Below are positions 9,317 through 19,395 of a DNA stretch of 58,766 nucleotides, piece after piece. The DNA comes from Candidatus Uhrbacteria bacterium. Lineage in GTDB: Bacteria; Patescibacteriota; Patescibacteriia; 2-12-FULL-60-25. How positions within the stretch are numbered: the first letter of the stretch is position 1; every line of letters starts with the position of its first letter. The stretch covers positions 1 to 58,766 of the forward strand of contig SICT01000001.1 in assembly GCA_009691315.1 (NCBI GenBank). Direction: 5' to 3'. Under the pieces are notes generated by a model. The model was not told the DNA's origin and did not search any database. It worked only from the letters and a program-made list of their open reading frames with translations. Position numbers and translations under genes: made by a program.

Positions 9317-9991
9317 CTAAATCTGCCTCTTCGGTTTAAAAGGGCCAACTTGAAGATGTTTGTTCATGGGCATCACGGATGTTTCACTAGGTGTTAATGA
9401 TTCAGGACCGATCACCGGCAACGCTTCGGCAATTTTACTCCAAACATCTTTCAATTCTTCCACGGACAATGCTTTCCCGCATCTAAAACCAACTCGTTCA
9501 GATTCGGCAAAGGGTTCTACTCCCATTTTCTCAAAGTATGGCTTCAATGCATCGGGGAAATGAAAATGGGTTAGGAGTGGAATTTTTTCTGGATTGAAAT
9601 AAATAAACTGTGATGGCTTAATAATGTCTCCGTAACCAGATCCATGGGTCGGGTATCCTTTTTTTCTCAGCGTAAGGACTGCTTCTGAAACTTGTGACTC
9701 AATCTGCTCCGCATAATATCCCATAGCCCTCTCCGCCGCTGTAGGATCAGGATGCCGAACCATCCTCTCCTCAGTTAATCTTTGTCTTTCCGCTAAAACA
9801 CCTTTACGTTGTCGCGTGTAATAGGTCGCTAATTTGAATTCACGATCAGATATCCTTAATCTGGTCTTTAGCTCAAGCCGCCGCGCTCGATCATTTCCTT
9901 CAAGGATAGCTATAATAACCTCTAAACTTCTCCATTCACGCTCTGGGATCGGCTGGCCCTTTGGTGGAAGCGCGGGAGGACGTTCAGACAT
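9317..9991 (-). CDS. Hypothetical protein
   Basis: This is a 224-aa ORF with no motif I recognise. It is dense and non-overlapping with its neighbours, and it is convergent with the regulator gene. Confidence 0.5.
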   Translation of the reverse strand: MSERPPALPPKGQPIPEREWRSLEVIIAILEGNDRARRLELKTRLRISDREFKLATYYTRQRKGVLAERQRLTEERMVRHPDPTAAERAMGYYAEQIESQVSEAVLTLRKKGYPTHGSGYGDIIKPSQFIYFNPEKIPLLTHFHFPDALKPYFEKMGVEPFAESERVGFRCGKALSVEELKDVWSKIAEALPVIGPESLTPSETSVMPMNKHLQVGPFKPKRQI

Positions 9992-10008
9992 AGTAGGTCA
10001 TTTTAAGA

Positions 10009-11847
10009 TCAGGATAACGTTGCCTTGATGCGCCGTACACCCGCAGATACGGCTTCTTCTTTTTGAATTTTGAAGGAACCAAGTTCGCCCGTGTGGGTGA
10101 CGTGAGGACCACCGCAAATTTCTTTTGAAAAATCTGTGGCGTCGTTGCCGATAAAATAGACTTTTATTTTTTCACCGTATTTTTCTTCGAATAATCCTAT
10201 CGCCCCTCTTTTCTTCGCTTCTTCGACGGTCATCTCTTCAAATCGTACGGGCAAATCTTGTTGGATGATGTCGTTTACCATATCTTCAACTTGCTTCAGT
10301 TGTTCTACGGTGACTTTCATCGGATGAGAAAAATCAAAACGCAGACGCTCAGCGGTAATGTTTGAACCTTTTTGCTCCACATGATCTCCAAGAACATTTT
10401 TCAACGCACGATGCAAAAGATGCGTTGCCGTGTGCAAGCGCGTTGTTTCAACGGAATGATCAGCTAATCCACCTTTAAATTTCCCAGCGGAAGCTGTGCG
10501 TGAGAGTTCTTGATGTTTTTTAAACTCCTTCTCAAACGCCTTACGATCGACCATAATTCCATGCTCACGCAATATTTCTTCAGTCAATTCCCACGGAAAT
10601 CCATAGGTCGAAAACAACATAAAAGCTTGCTCGCCGGTAAGATGCTTCTGCTCGTTCTTAACAAGATTATCGATTGGCTCAATAAGTATCTTTTTAAACT
10701 CCTTCATCCCCTTCTCAAGCGTTTTTTCAAATTTCTGTTCTTCTTGCTTGAGCTCACTGACAATCCGAACCAAATTCGTTTCTAATTCTTGATAGTGTGT
10801 GCCGAACTCTCCAATGATCACAAGCGCGATCTGATGAGTGAGGGGTTCTTTGATCCCAAGACGTCGACCTTCGCGAATGGCCCGACGAAGCAAGCGACGA
10901 ACAATATAGCCCTGTCCGACATTGGATGGACTGACCCCATGCTGATCTCCAATAATGAATACCGCGGCACGAATGTGATCAGCGATAATACGAAATGGAC
11001 GTTCCGTCTCAGACGTATAACGTTTTCCAGACAACACTTCAATTTTATTAAAAATATTCTGAAAAATTTCTGTATCAAATACCGTTGGAACGTTCTGCAT
11101 GACGGCTGCAATGCGTTCAAGCCCCATACCCGTATCAACATTTTTCTGCTGCAAAGGTTTAAATGTTCCGTCTTCCTGTTTCTCATACTCCATAAACACG
11201 TTATTCCAAATTTCCACAAACCGTCCACAATCACAATTTTGATGGCACTTCAATCCAAAAGCTGGGTCATGCGCTCGACCTGTATCATAAAAAATCTCGG
11301 TATCTGGTCCACACGGACCGGTTTGACCAGCTGGCCCCCACCAATTTTTTTTCTTTGGATAAAGGCCAATACGTTCACCAACTTCCGCCCGAATTTTTGC
11401 CCGATTCAGAAACAACGTTTGCCAGATCCCAATAGATTCTTCATCGCGGGGGGCATCTTGATCCCCTTCAAACACCGTAACAAATAAACGCGTCGGATCA
11501 ATCCCAAGCCACGTCGGGTCGGTCAAAAATTCAAATGACCACTCAATCGCTTCACGCTTAAAATAATCGCCCAGCGACCAATTACCGAGCATTTCAAAGA
11601 AAGTCAGATGACGATTATCCCCCACTTCTTCAATATCATCCGTGCGTAAACATTTTTGGACACTGACTAAACGTTTTCCTCCCGGATGTTTTTCTCCTAA
11701 AAGATATGGAACCAACGGATGCATGCCGGCGGTCGTAAATAAAACGGTTGGATCATTTTCTGGAATCAAAGAGGCGGACGGGATGATCGTGTGGCCTTTT
11801 TGCTGAAAAAATTCGAGGAATTTTTGGCGGATGTGTGCAACGGTCAT
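10009..11847 (-). CDS. alaS: Alanine--tRNA ligase, short form (catalytic, tRNA-recognition and editing domains; no C-Ala domain)
   Basis: The N-terminus IRQKFLEFFQQKGHTIIPSASLIPENDPTVLFTTAGM...VQKCLRTDDIEEVGD.RHLTFFEMLGNWSLGDYFK is the AlaRS class II core. HTATHLLHRAL... and CGGPHV are the editing-domain zinc motifs. The product is 612 aa and ends ...GVRRIKATLS. Confidence 0.93.
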   Translation of the reverse strand: MTVAHIRQKFLEFFQQKGHTIIPSASLIPENDPTVLFTTAGMHPLVPYLLGEKHPGGKRLVSVQKCLRTDDIEEVGDNRHLTFFEMLGNWSLGDYFKREAIEWSFEFLTDPTWLGIDPTRLFVTVFEGDQDAPRDEESIGIWQTLFLNRAKIRAEVGERIGLYPKKKNWWGPAGQTGPCGPDTEIFYDTGRAHDPAFGLKCHQNCDCGRFVEIWNNVFMEYEKQEDGTFKPLQQKNVDTGMGLERIAAVMQNVPTVFDTEIFQNIFNKIEVLSGKRYTSETERPFRIIADHIRAAVFIIGDQHGVSPSNVGQGYIVRRLLRRAIREGRRLGIKEPLTHQIALVIIGEFGTHYQELETNLVRIVSELKQEEQKFEKTLEKGMKEFKKILIEPIDNLVKNEQKHLTGEQAFMLFSTYGFPWELTEEILREHGIMVDRKAFEKEFKKHQELSRTASAGKFKGGLADHSVETTRLHTATHLLHRALKNVLGDHVEQKGSNITAERLRFDFSHPMKVTVEQLKQVEDMVNDIIQQDLPVRFEEMTVEEAKKRGAIGLFEEKYGEKIKVYFIGNDATDFSKEICGGPHVTHTGELGSFKIQKEEAVSAGVRRIKATLS

Positions 11848-12602
11848 ACAGCTATTTCCTCAATCGGACTGGTGAGAGGAACAAAACGGTTATAAAGCAT
11901 TTCTGCCTGATTGACAAATACTTTGAGGAGAGAAGGGTCGATGTCTGCCAGTGGACGATCCCCGATCGGCAGTAAAAGAAATCCTTTGATCGCATGCGTG
12001 CCATCAGATGGGACAGCGAGCACACGATTACCATCTTCTGAGGAAAGAAGATGAAAGGCTTTTCCACTCTCGTGAAGCGTACGCAGATCTTTATTGGAAA
12101 CTCGAAAATCTAGCTGAGATTCTGGCTGATGGGCAAATTCTCTTTCCGTACGCAAACGTGTCAGCTCGACAAAACGGATCAACGCACTCGGCGCACTTAC
12201 TGCGGCACAGGCATGTGCGGCGAGTGCATGGAATAAATCCTTCGGAATCCGTTTTTCTCCTGCCATGGCTACTGTTTGATTATCTGCAAGTTTTTTTAAC
12301 AGTTCAAGCTTACGATTGATTGAGCCGATATAGGCATAGGATTCAATTAATTCTGCCTGGGCTTTTTGATAGTCATTTTGCGCGCGGTCTCGTTCCTGCT
12401 CATGTCGTTCCATGAAACGTTCATGAAACGTAAAACTGATCAAACCAGCCATGCCAAAAATAAAAATCGTCAATTCTTCCAATTGTGTTTCGCTCAACCC
12501 GATATAGCCCTGTTTGTAAATAGAGGGTGAGAGAACCGCCAAAACAAAAAAAACTAAATAAAGCAAAGACATCCACTGCAAACGATTGGATTTGGATGAC
12601 AT
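11844..12602 (-). CDS. Membrane-anchored hypothetical protein with a coiled-coil segment
   Basis: I trimmed the track ORF to the ATG at 12602, because the longer ORF would overlap mnmA, which stops at 12607. It has two N-terminal hydrophobic helices followed by a charged heptad-like stretch (ERHEQERDRAQNDYQKAQAELIES...). Its stop overlaps the alaS start by 4 nt. Confidence 0.55.
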   Translation of the reverse strand: MSSKSNRLQWMSLLYLVFFVLAVLSPSIYKQGYIGLSETQLEELTIFIFGMAGLISFTFHERFMERHEQERDRAQNDYQKAQAELIESYAYIGSINRKLELLKKLADNQTVAMAGEKRIPKDLFHALAAHACAAVSAPSALIRFVELTRLRTEREFAHQPESQLDFRVSNKDLRTLHESGKAFHLLSSEDGNRVLAVPSDGTHAIKGFLLLPIGDRPLADIDPSLLKVFVNQAEMLYNRFVPLTSPIEEIAV

Positions 12603-12606
12603 AAGG

Positions 12607-13707
12607 CTAGTGTAACGATTGTTCGCTAATAAATCCACCTCCGAGACATTCGGTTCCACGATAAAAAACCGCGGATTGACCGGGAGCAAGGGCCCAGACA
12701 GGGTGACGAAATTCCAGCCTGAGATTCCCACCTTCGCTGGAATGACAAAGGATAAGACGCGCTTTTTCTGGTTTTTGACGATAACGGATGGCTGCGTCAA
12801 TCTTACAAGGCATTTTTTTCGGAGGAACGATCCAATTCACCCCTCTCACCGTGGCTTGTTTTTGATAGAGCAATGGATGCTCACGATCTGGCACAATGAT
12901 CAGTTGATTCTTGTTTCGATCTTTGGCTACAACATACCAAGCGCGCTGATCGTGGCTGACCTTCAAACCCGTACGCTGACCGATCGTGTAAGCGTCTAAT
13001 CCATCATGTTGACCAAGAATCGCGCCATGCTCATCCACGATCTTTCCGGGTTTAGACTTTATTCGCTTGCGTAAAAAATCATGAAAATCCAATTTACCCA
13101 CAAAACAAATGCCCTGACTGTCGGGTTTGCTCGCCGTTGAAAGCTTCAATTGCTCAGCCAGTTTACGCACGCGCGCCTTCTTTAAATGGCCGATCGGAAA
13201 CAAGGTCTGGCGTAAAACTTTTTGAGAAACGCGGTGCAAAAAGTAAGATTGGTCTTTATCCGGATCCGCACCCTTCAACAGATGCGCGCTCCCCGTTCGA
13301 TCCCGTTTGACTCTTGCATAGTGACCCGTGGCCACAAACTCGCATCCCGCCTTCATCGCTTCTTCAAAAAACAAACCGAACTTGATTTCTTCGTTGCATA
13401 ACACATCCGGATTTGGAGTCAAACCCTGTTCGTATTCGGCAAACATCCGATCCAGCACGCGCTTGCGATATTCTTTTTCAAAATCAAATGTCAGGAGCGG
13501 AATATCTAACCGCGCGGCTACACGCAGAGCATCACGACGTTCCCCACGCCACGCGCACTCCCCGGTCCACAAATCCTTGGTATCAGACCAATTCTTTATG
13601 AATCCACCTATGACCTCGTAACCAGCTTGAACCAAGAGTGCGGCCGCTACGCTCGAATCAACTCCGCCTGACATACCCACTAAAACTTTTGGTTTTTTCT
13701 TGATCAT
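12607..13707 (-). CDS. mnmA: tRNA 2-thiouridine(34) synthase
   Basis: I trimmed the ORF to the ATG at 13707, which forms an ATGA overlap with the upstream gene. VLVGMSGGVDSSVAAALL is the PP-loop, and the remainder is collinear with MnmA (...GICFVG...). Confidence 0.92.
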   Translation of the reverse strand: MIKKKPKVLVGMSGGVDSSVAAALLVQAGYEVIGGFIKNWSDTKDLWTGECAWRGERRDALRVAARLDIPLLTFDFEKEYRKRVLDRMFAEYEQGLTPNPDVLCNEEIKFGLFFEEAMKAGCEFVATGHYARVKRDRTGSAHLLKGADPDKDQSYFLHRVSQKVLRQTLFPIGHLKKARVRKLAEQLKLSTASKPDSQGICFVGKLDFHDFLRKRIKSKPGKIVDEHGAILGQHDGLDAYTIGQRTGLKVSHDQRAWYVVAKDRNKNQLIIVPDREHPLLYQKQATVRGVNWIVPPKKMPCKIDAAIRYRQKPEKARLILCHSSEGGNLRLEFRHPVWALAPGQSAVFYRGTECLGGGFISEQSLH

Positions 13708-14726
13708 TTTTTTATGCCGATAACTGTTGTCGTTGAAAACTGATCGAGCAGGGGCACGAGATCTTCGTGATCTCTGATTTGAATCCGACGCAATTCGTAA
13801 CGTGACGATGTGGTATGGATCGATCCGAGTCTCACCCAAAATCCTAAATGATACCCGGCCTGCTCGACTTCTTTCTTCACCTGTTCGGAAAGAGCGCCGT
13901 ATGGATAGGCGAATGATGTCACAGAATGGCCAAGCATGATTTCCAAATCTTGTTTTGATCCTTTGATCTCATCCATCTGCGAAGTCTTTCCATATTTTGT
14001 TAACCAGGGGTGATGGCGAGTGTGTGCGGCAATGGTAAAACCTTGTTGATCCAATTCACGAATCATTTGCTCGGTCATAAATCCTTTCAGTTGACCAATC
14101 TGTGTGACCACAAAAAAAGTCGCTTTTAACCGAAATTCCTTCAAAATTGGAACAGCATTCTCATATTGATCACGATACCCATCATCAAACGTGATCAGGA
14201 CGGGCTTCGATGGTAGGGGCTGGGTCATCGCGCCCGTACCTCCATCATCCCTCAAAGCCTGATCCAGATCATCAGGGGTGATCGTATGATAGCCGGCACG
14301 AACCAATCCCTCCATCTGTGCACGAAAGACGTCTGGACTGACTGAATAGGGAATTTCTTTTGGTTTTGGATGAAGTGGCAAATAGCGGACGCGGTGATAC
14401 ATCAGGATGGGAACTTGAACGCTCAACTCTCCTTTTTTCACTTTCGGATTTCCGGTCACGCGACGCAAATACTCAAGCGGAGGTGACTGAAGATAAACGG
14501 AGGGGGGATGGGAAGGAATTGGACCTGGTTCGGATAATTGTAAAAATTCTGAGGGGATCCTCGGGTCTGATGGGAGAAGTGTTGTAGAGGTCGCAACGAG
14601 AGTCTTTGTTACAAAAGGAGCAGATTCAAAAATCGATTCAGGACGAGTCAATGCAAACGAAGTTGTGACGCTGATGAGAATCACCCCAAGAACCGTTGCA
14701 CCAAACAAAGGAATCAAGTGTTTCAT
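13704..14726 (-). CDS. Polysaccharide deacetylase (NodB homology domain), signal-anchored
   Basis: The motifs VLITFDDGYRDQYENAVPIL...ATFFVV and ...AAHTRHHPWL are present, and the N-terminal helix is hydrophobic. Confidence 0.85.
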   Translation of the reverse strand: MKHLIPLFGATVLGVILISVTTSFALTRPESIFESAPFVTKTLVATSTTLLPSDPRIPSEFLQLSEPGPIPSHPPSVYLQSPPLEYLRRVTGNPKVKKGELSVQVPILMYHRVRYLPLHPKPKEIPYSVSPDVFRAQMEGLVRAGYHTITPDDLDQALRDDGGTGAMTQPLPSKPVLITFDDGYRDQYENAVPILKEFRLKATFFVVTQIGQLKGFMTEQMIRELDQQGFTIAAHTRHHPWLTKYGKTSQMDEIKGSKQDLEIMLGHSVTSFAYPYGALSEQVKKEVEQAGYHLGFWVRLGSIHTTSSRYELRRIQIRDHEDLVPLLDQFSTTTVIGIKK

Positions 14727-14738
14727 ACTTCGACTGGC

Positions 14739-15782
14739 TCAGTACGTTGTTTTTTTCAATTTCATTTCTTCTTCTTTCACAGCTAACTGACCGCACGCCG
14801 CATCGATATCTTCGCCGAACGTAATACGATGGGTTGCTGGAACGCCTAGCTCATGTAATCGACGCAAAAAGGCAATACGATCAGACCGCTCGGTTCCTTC
14901 AAAGGCATGCGTTTCGTGATATTTTATCAGATTGACATGAACTAAACGAAAATCCGGACCCAACAGATGCGCGAGCGCGATAGCGTCTCCTTCACGATCG
15001 TTGATATCTTTCAACAAAAGGTATTCAAAAAAAACTTTCCGATTGGTTTTTTCCATGTAGGTGCGCACCGCGGCCATGAGTTTGGCCACGGGATAGGCTC
15101 GATTGACTGGCATGATTTTTGAACGCACCTGATCAATGGCGCTATGCAAAGAGATCGCTAAATTCACTTGGAGTGGCTCGTCCGCGAGTTTTAAAATTCC
15201 CGGGACAACACCACAGGTAGAAATACTCATATGACGTGCACCCAAATTAAACCCTTCGTGATCGTTAAGCGTGCGAACGGTTTCCATCACCGCATCATAA
15301 TTATGAAACGGTTCGCCCATGCCCATAAACACGACGCTCGAAACACGTTCGCCTGTCTTTTTTAAAAATCGTGCATAGTAGAGAACCTGCTCAACCATTT
15401 CGTCACTCGTTAAATTACGGGTAAAACCCATGGTTCCCGTCGCACAAAAACTGCAAGCCATCGCACAACCAACTTGCGAAGATAAGCACACCGTACGACG
15501 TTCATCCTGATGGCACATGAGAACAGCCTCAATTTTTTTCCCATCCGATAACTCAAATAATGTTTTCACCGTATCTCCCTGAGGACTCGTCTGCGTTTTG
15601 ATCACTTTGAGCGTATTCCAAGGAATTTTCTCTGCCATTTCATCCCGTAACATTTTTGGAAAAACCGAAAGCTCGTTCCAATCAGCCAGATATTCCACAA
15701 AAAAAGCGCGCTTGATCTGCGCCAATCGATAAGCTGGTTGTTTGCGCTCCTCAAGGACGCGCGAGAGTGCTGTGAAATTCAT
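14739..15782 (-). CDS. rlmN: 23S rRNA/tRNA (adenine-C2)-methyltransferase, radical SAM
   Basis: I trimmed the ORF to the ATG at 15782. CLSSQVGCAMACSFCATGTMGFTRNLT is the radical-SAM C-x3-C-x2-C motif in RlmN context, and ...FMGMGEP... is also present. Confidence 0.9.
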   Translation of the reverse strand: MNFTALSRVLEERKQPAYRLAQIKRAFFVEYLADWNELSVFPKMLRDEMAEKIPWNTLKVIKTQTSPQGDTVKTLFELSDGKKIEAVLMCHQDERRTVCLSSQVGCAMACSFCATGTMGFTRNLTSDEMVEQVLYYARFLKKTGERVSSVVFMGMGEPFHNYDAVMETVRTLNDHEGFNLGARHMSISTCGVVPGILKLADEPLQVNLAISLHSAIDQVRSKIMPVNRAYPVAKLMAAVRTYMEKTNRKVFFEYLLLKDINDREGDAIALAHLLGPDFRLVHVNLIKYHETHAFEGTERSDRIAFLRRLHELGVPATHRITFGEDIDAACGQLAVKEEEMKLKKTTY

Positions 15783-16656
15783 GATTATTCCAGGCCCAGT
15801 CCGCCAGGCGTTTGGCGGCGTCAAAGGATCCTTGCTTGGTTGGTGCGCCCATCACGACAATAATTAAATCTTTATTATGATCTCCCGTTCCATCCGCTTG
15901 CATAGGTTGCAGTTCCACCAAAAAATTATATTTTGACTCCTCCAAATAACCTGTTTTTCCACCCCGTACCCATATCTCAGCATCATTGACCAGCAGCGGA
16001 TTAGTGGTCTTAATAATCTTCAACTGTTTCGTGTTTTGAATCGGGAATTGATATTCTGCCGTGCTTGCGGCCGCATGAATGATCGGGTCACGAAAGGCCT
16101 GCTCGGCAATCAAGGCCATGTCGCGCGCCGTCGTCATATTACGTACGCTCATCCCAGACGCATCAAGAAAATGTGAGTGATTGGCACCCAAATCTTTTGC
16201 AACCTGATTCATCTTCAGCAGAAACGATCTGGTTCCAACTTTTGAAGTACGGGCCAAGGCCATAGCTGCATTATTGGCACTGGCTGTGATACTCGAATAG
16301 AGAAGATCGATTAACTTGATACGTGTGCCCACGGACACACGTAATCGCCCTCCACCAACCTCATCTGCTCGCGAAAGAGCCACCACTCGCTCCCACGCTG
16401 GATTGAGTTTCACGAGGGTAAGGGCTCCCACCAATTTGGTCAAGCTGGCAGCCACACGCGCATGATCTGGTTTGAATGAATACAAAACTTGATGGGTCCC
16501 AGGAATCATAACCATCGCGGAAGCGAATTCGTTTGTCACGGGCACAAAGGGAACGGCATCGGTCGAAGACACAACCCCCGCAGACGCGAACGACGCATAA
16601 AAAAATCCGCCACTTACCAGGAGACATCCTATCGAAAATAAGAGACGAAATTTCAT
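15751..16656 (-). CDS. D-alanyl-D-alanine carboxypeptidase (serine peptidase S11, low-MW PBP)
   Basis: A signal peptide is followed by SLTK (SxxK), SAN (SxN) and KTG in the correct order. Confidence 0.85.
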   Translation of the reverse strand: MKFRLLFSIGCLLVSGGFFYASFASAGVVSSTDAVPFVPVTNEFASAMVMIPGTHQVLYSFKPDHARVAASLTKLVGALTLVKLNPAWERVVALSRADEVGGGRLRVSVGTRIKLIDLLYSSITASANNAAMALARTSKVGTRSFLLKMNQVAKDLGANHSHFLDASGMSVRNMTTARDMALIAEQAFRDPIIHAAASTAEYQFPIQNTKQLKIIKTTNPLLVNDAEIWVRGGKTGYLEESKYNFLVELQPMQADGTGDHNKDLIIVVMGAPTKQGSFDAAKRLADWAWNNHEFHSTLARP

Positions 16657-16660
16657 AACA

Positions 16661-17257
16661 TCACTTCTTCACAATGGTGATGAGTGTGCCGACAGGCGTC
16701 CAATCGTATAATTCTTTGGCGGGCCCAACTCCTAAACGCACACATCCGTGGCTGGCCGCATGCCCTAAATGATTTACCCCTTCTTTTTTCCCACCTGGCC
16801 ACTCAGGAAGTTCATGCAGACCATGGCCGCGACCACTGAAATGCATCCACCAAGGCATCCACAACCCAGCGGCTTTGGACCAGGCCCGCGGAACTTTTTG
16901 TAACACTCGAAAATCTCCGGCGGGTGTTGGCATACGAGGCAAACCGCTCGAAATGGGAAACACTCGAATCGCAATTTGATTCACCTGCATTTCCAATTGT
17001 TGAGTCGCTAAATGAATCTTAATACTTTTTGGGAGACGCACAGAATCCGTTGAAGTTGGGCTAAAACCGGCAAACACCTCTTGCCCATCTGAATAACCGT
17101 CTCCGTCTGTATCGGGTATTGCAGAATCTGAACCAAACAAAAATTCTAAACGATCGGACAGACCATCCTGATCAGAATCAAGCTCAGCCGCCTGCACAAC
17201 CTTTACACCTCCTGACAGCAAGAGAAGGCATCCAATGAATACACCAAACCATTGCAT
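16661..17257 (-). CDS. L,D-transpeptidase (YkuD domain) with N-terminal thrombospondin-type-3-like Ca-binding repeats
   Basis: ...GHGLHE...HAASHGCVRLG... is the catalytic His/Cys motif. DSDQDGLSD and DTDGDGYSDGQE repeats follow the signal peptide. Confidence 0.88.
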   Translation of the reverse strand: MQWFGVFIGCLLLLSGGVKVVQAAELDSDQDGLSDRLEFLFGSDSAIPDTDGDGYSDGQEVFAGFSPTSTDSVRLPKSIKIHLATQQLEMQVNQIAIRVFPISSGLPRMPTPAGDFRVLQKVPRAWSKAAGLWMPWWMHFSGRGHGLHELPEWPGGKKEGVNHLGHAASHGCVRLGVGPAKELYDWTPVGTLITIVKK

Positions 17258-17260
17258 AAT

Positions 17261-19297
17261 TTAATGATCAAAATGCACGCGCTGACCAGGAGCAACGGTC
17301 TGCGTTAGATGAGATGGTGGTGGCTGAGGAGGTCGTGGCGGCGGAATGGGAGGAGGAGATATTGGTCGCGGGGCGAGAGCTGGCGCCTGATCACGCTTAC
17401 GACCGCGTTCAGGCTCACGTTTCCGCTCTGGTTTTGCCGAACCAGATCCAGTCTGCATTTTATTTTTTACTTGAGTCATTTCGGCTAAAAATTTTCCCGC
17501 ATCTCCTTTGACAATCCGGGGACGATTGAGTGGCGGCTCTACAGCAAGCATCGGCGCTTCTCCGGACTCCTGCTCACGGGGTGGTGGACTCTGTATGATC
17601 TGCTTAAATGTGACATCACGATTTTTTCGCTCTTCCATCACGAGCGGCCGACACTCGGCGCAATACATGGGACGACTTGGATCCAACTGCATCGGGAGAT
17701 TCCAAATTTTTCCACAGCGAGTGCATGTGTGCGGAAATTGTGGTTTGGTCTTTTTTCCTTGTGGTTGAGGCTTATTCGCGATAATTGCGGCCATGCGTTC
17801 CGGCTTGATCGTTAAATATTCTCCCGTGTCTTGCATCGCCGTTGGCCCTTCCAAAGAAATCTCTTGCTCTTCCTCTGTTTTAATGGCTGGATATTGGACA
17901 GCGAGATCGAGTTGAGGGAGAGGGGTCGTTTCTTGCTGGGATCCAGCCGGCATCAGAGACGATTCCGCATCGCTACTTGAGGCTGCTTCCATCCCGCTCC
18001 ATTTAAGAACTTTTTCTTCAATCAGAGCGCGTGGTTCCGCGTAGCGTTCACGACTAATCGCCACCACTTTTTCCATACTGCCCGTATGCTGCGCAATCGG
18101 CGGAAGAGCGGCCGCAGAAAAAGGCGAGGTTGCTACGCCATCCACCATGAGTTTCAGATACATCTGAAACTTTGTCATGTTCACCAAATCTTCCGGCGTG
18201 AATGTCGGCGCGAATTCCGTTTCCATGAATTCCGCATCCGCTCCTCCCACACGCATAACGATGATCGTCCCGACGTTTCCAAAAATAGCGGGCGCCACTT
18301 TTTCGTCCAACTGTTCGATATATTGATGTGCCACAATCAAATTGAGACGGTACTTACGCGCTTCAGATAAAATAGACGCAAAAGATTCATTCGCAAAATT
18401 TTGAAACTCATCAACAAATAAATAAAAATCACGACGCTCCAGCTCCAAAATATTCTGCCGCTCCTGCGCTGCTAACTGTATTTTTGTGATGAGCATGCCG
18501 CCGAGTAAACGCATATTATCTTCCCCGATGCGGCCTTTGGACAAGTTCACGATCAAAATTTTTCCATCATCCATGATACGTCGCGGATTAATGGTCGACT
18601 TCACCTGCGCGACCATATTGCGAATAACAGAAGAAGACAAAAATTGTCCGACTTTATTTTGTACCGGGGCGATGGCTTCGGTCGCATATTTTTCTGACCA
18701 CGAGGTGAACTCCGCCACCCAAAACGTTTTAACGATCGGATCACGAATCTTCGAAACGACACGCGAACGATATTCTTTGTCGACCAACAAACGATTGATG
18801 CCAAGGAGAGTTGCACCAGGATAATCAAGCAACGCCAGCACGCAATTCATCAAAATATATTCCATGCGCGCGCTCCACACATCTGGCCAGATTTTTTTAA
18901 ACACCCCCATGAGTCCGGACGCAATAAGCGGCTTCTGATCATCACTGTCTGTTTCTAAAATATTAAACCCGACCGGATAATCCATATCGGCTGGATTAAA
19001 ATACACCACATCATTCACCCGATTGGATGGAATAAAATCCAACAGTCTTTCTGCCGTATCGCCGTGTGGATCAATGTAGCAACACCCATGTCCCGCGTAG
19101 ATATCCGATAAAATCAAGTTTTCCATGAGCGTGGTCTTGCCCATGCCGGTTTTCCCAACGATGTACATGTGACGACGACGATCGTCTGTCTTGATACCAA
19201 AACGCCGCTGTTGATTACGAAAATTCGTCTCTGCAAAAAGCGTAATTTCGTGTTCGTGATCGTGATTATATTGGACAGGCATAAGGGGAAGGGGCAT
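17261..19297 (-). CDS. FtsK/HerA-superfamily P-loop ATPase, TraD/VirD4 coupling-protein-like, with a C-terminal zinc ribbon and a Pro-rich tail
   Basis: The Walker A motif is VGKTGMGKTT and the Walker B-like motif is FYLFVDEFQNF. The C-terminal CTRCGK...CAECRP is a C-x2-C...C-x2-C pattern. The start is uncertain: the track ORF begins with GTG at 19342, and ATGs occur at 19297 and 19282. Confidence 0.75.
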   Translation of the reverse strand: MPLPLMPVQYNHDHEHEITLFAETNFRNQQRRFGIKTDDRRRHMYIVGKTGMGKTTLMENLILSDIYAGHGCCYIDPHGDTAERLLDFIPSNRVNDVVYFNPADMDYPVGFNILETDSDDQKPLIASGLMGVFKKIWPDVWSARMEYILMNCVLALLDYPGATLLGINRLLVDKEYRSRVVSKIRDPIVKTFWVAEFTSWSEKYATEAIAPVQNKVGQFLSSSVIRNMVAQVKSTINPRRIMDDGKILIVNLSKGRIGEDNMRLLGGMLITKIQLAAQERQNILELERRDFYLFVDEFQNFANESFASILSEARKYRLNLIVAHQYIEQLDEKVAPAIFGNVGTIIVMRVGGADAEFMETEFAPTFTPEDLVNMTKFQMYLKLMVDGVATSPFSAAALPPIAQHTGSMEKVVAISRERYAEPRALIEEKVLKWSGMEAASSSDAESSLMPAGSQQETTPLPQLDLAVQYPAIKTEEEQEISLEGPTAMQDTGEYLTIKPERMAAIIANKPQPQGKKTKPQFPHTCTRCGKIWNLPMQLDPSRPMYCAECRPLVMEERKNRDVTFKQIIQSPPPREQESGEAPMLAVEPPLNRPRIVKGDAGKFLAEMTQVKNKMQTGSGSAKPERKREPERGRKRDQAPALAPRPISPPPIPPPRPPQPPPSHLTQTVAPGQRVHFDH

Positions 19298-19395
19298 TAC
19301 ACAATGAGCGAGCGGAGACCAGAGACTGTTTCGTGGACTCACCGTGCAAACGGGGATGTCCAGGAAATAGGCTCTGGTAGGCCGCGAGACAACAG

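Noticed and set aside
10789-11487. A 232-aa plus-strand ORF and a 138-aa minus-strand ORF inside alaS.
   Set aside because: They are antisense to or out of frame with a gene that has unmistakable AlaRS motifs, and they have no features of their own.
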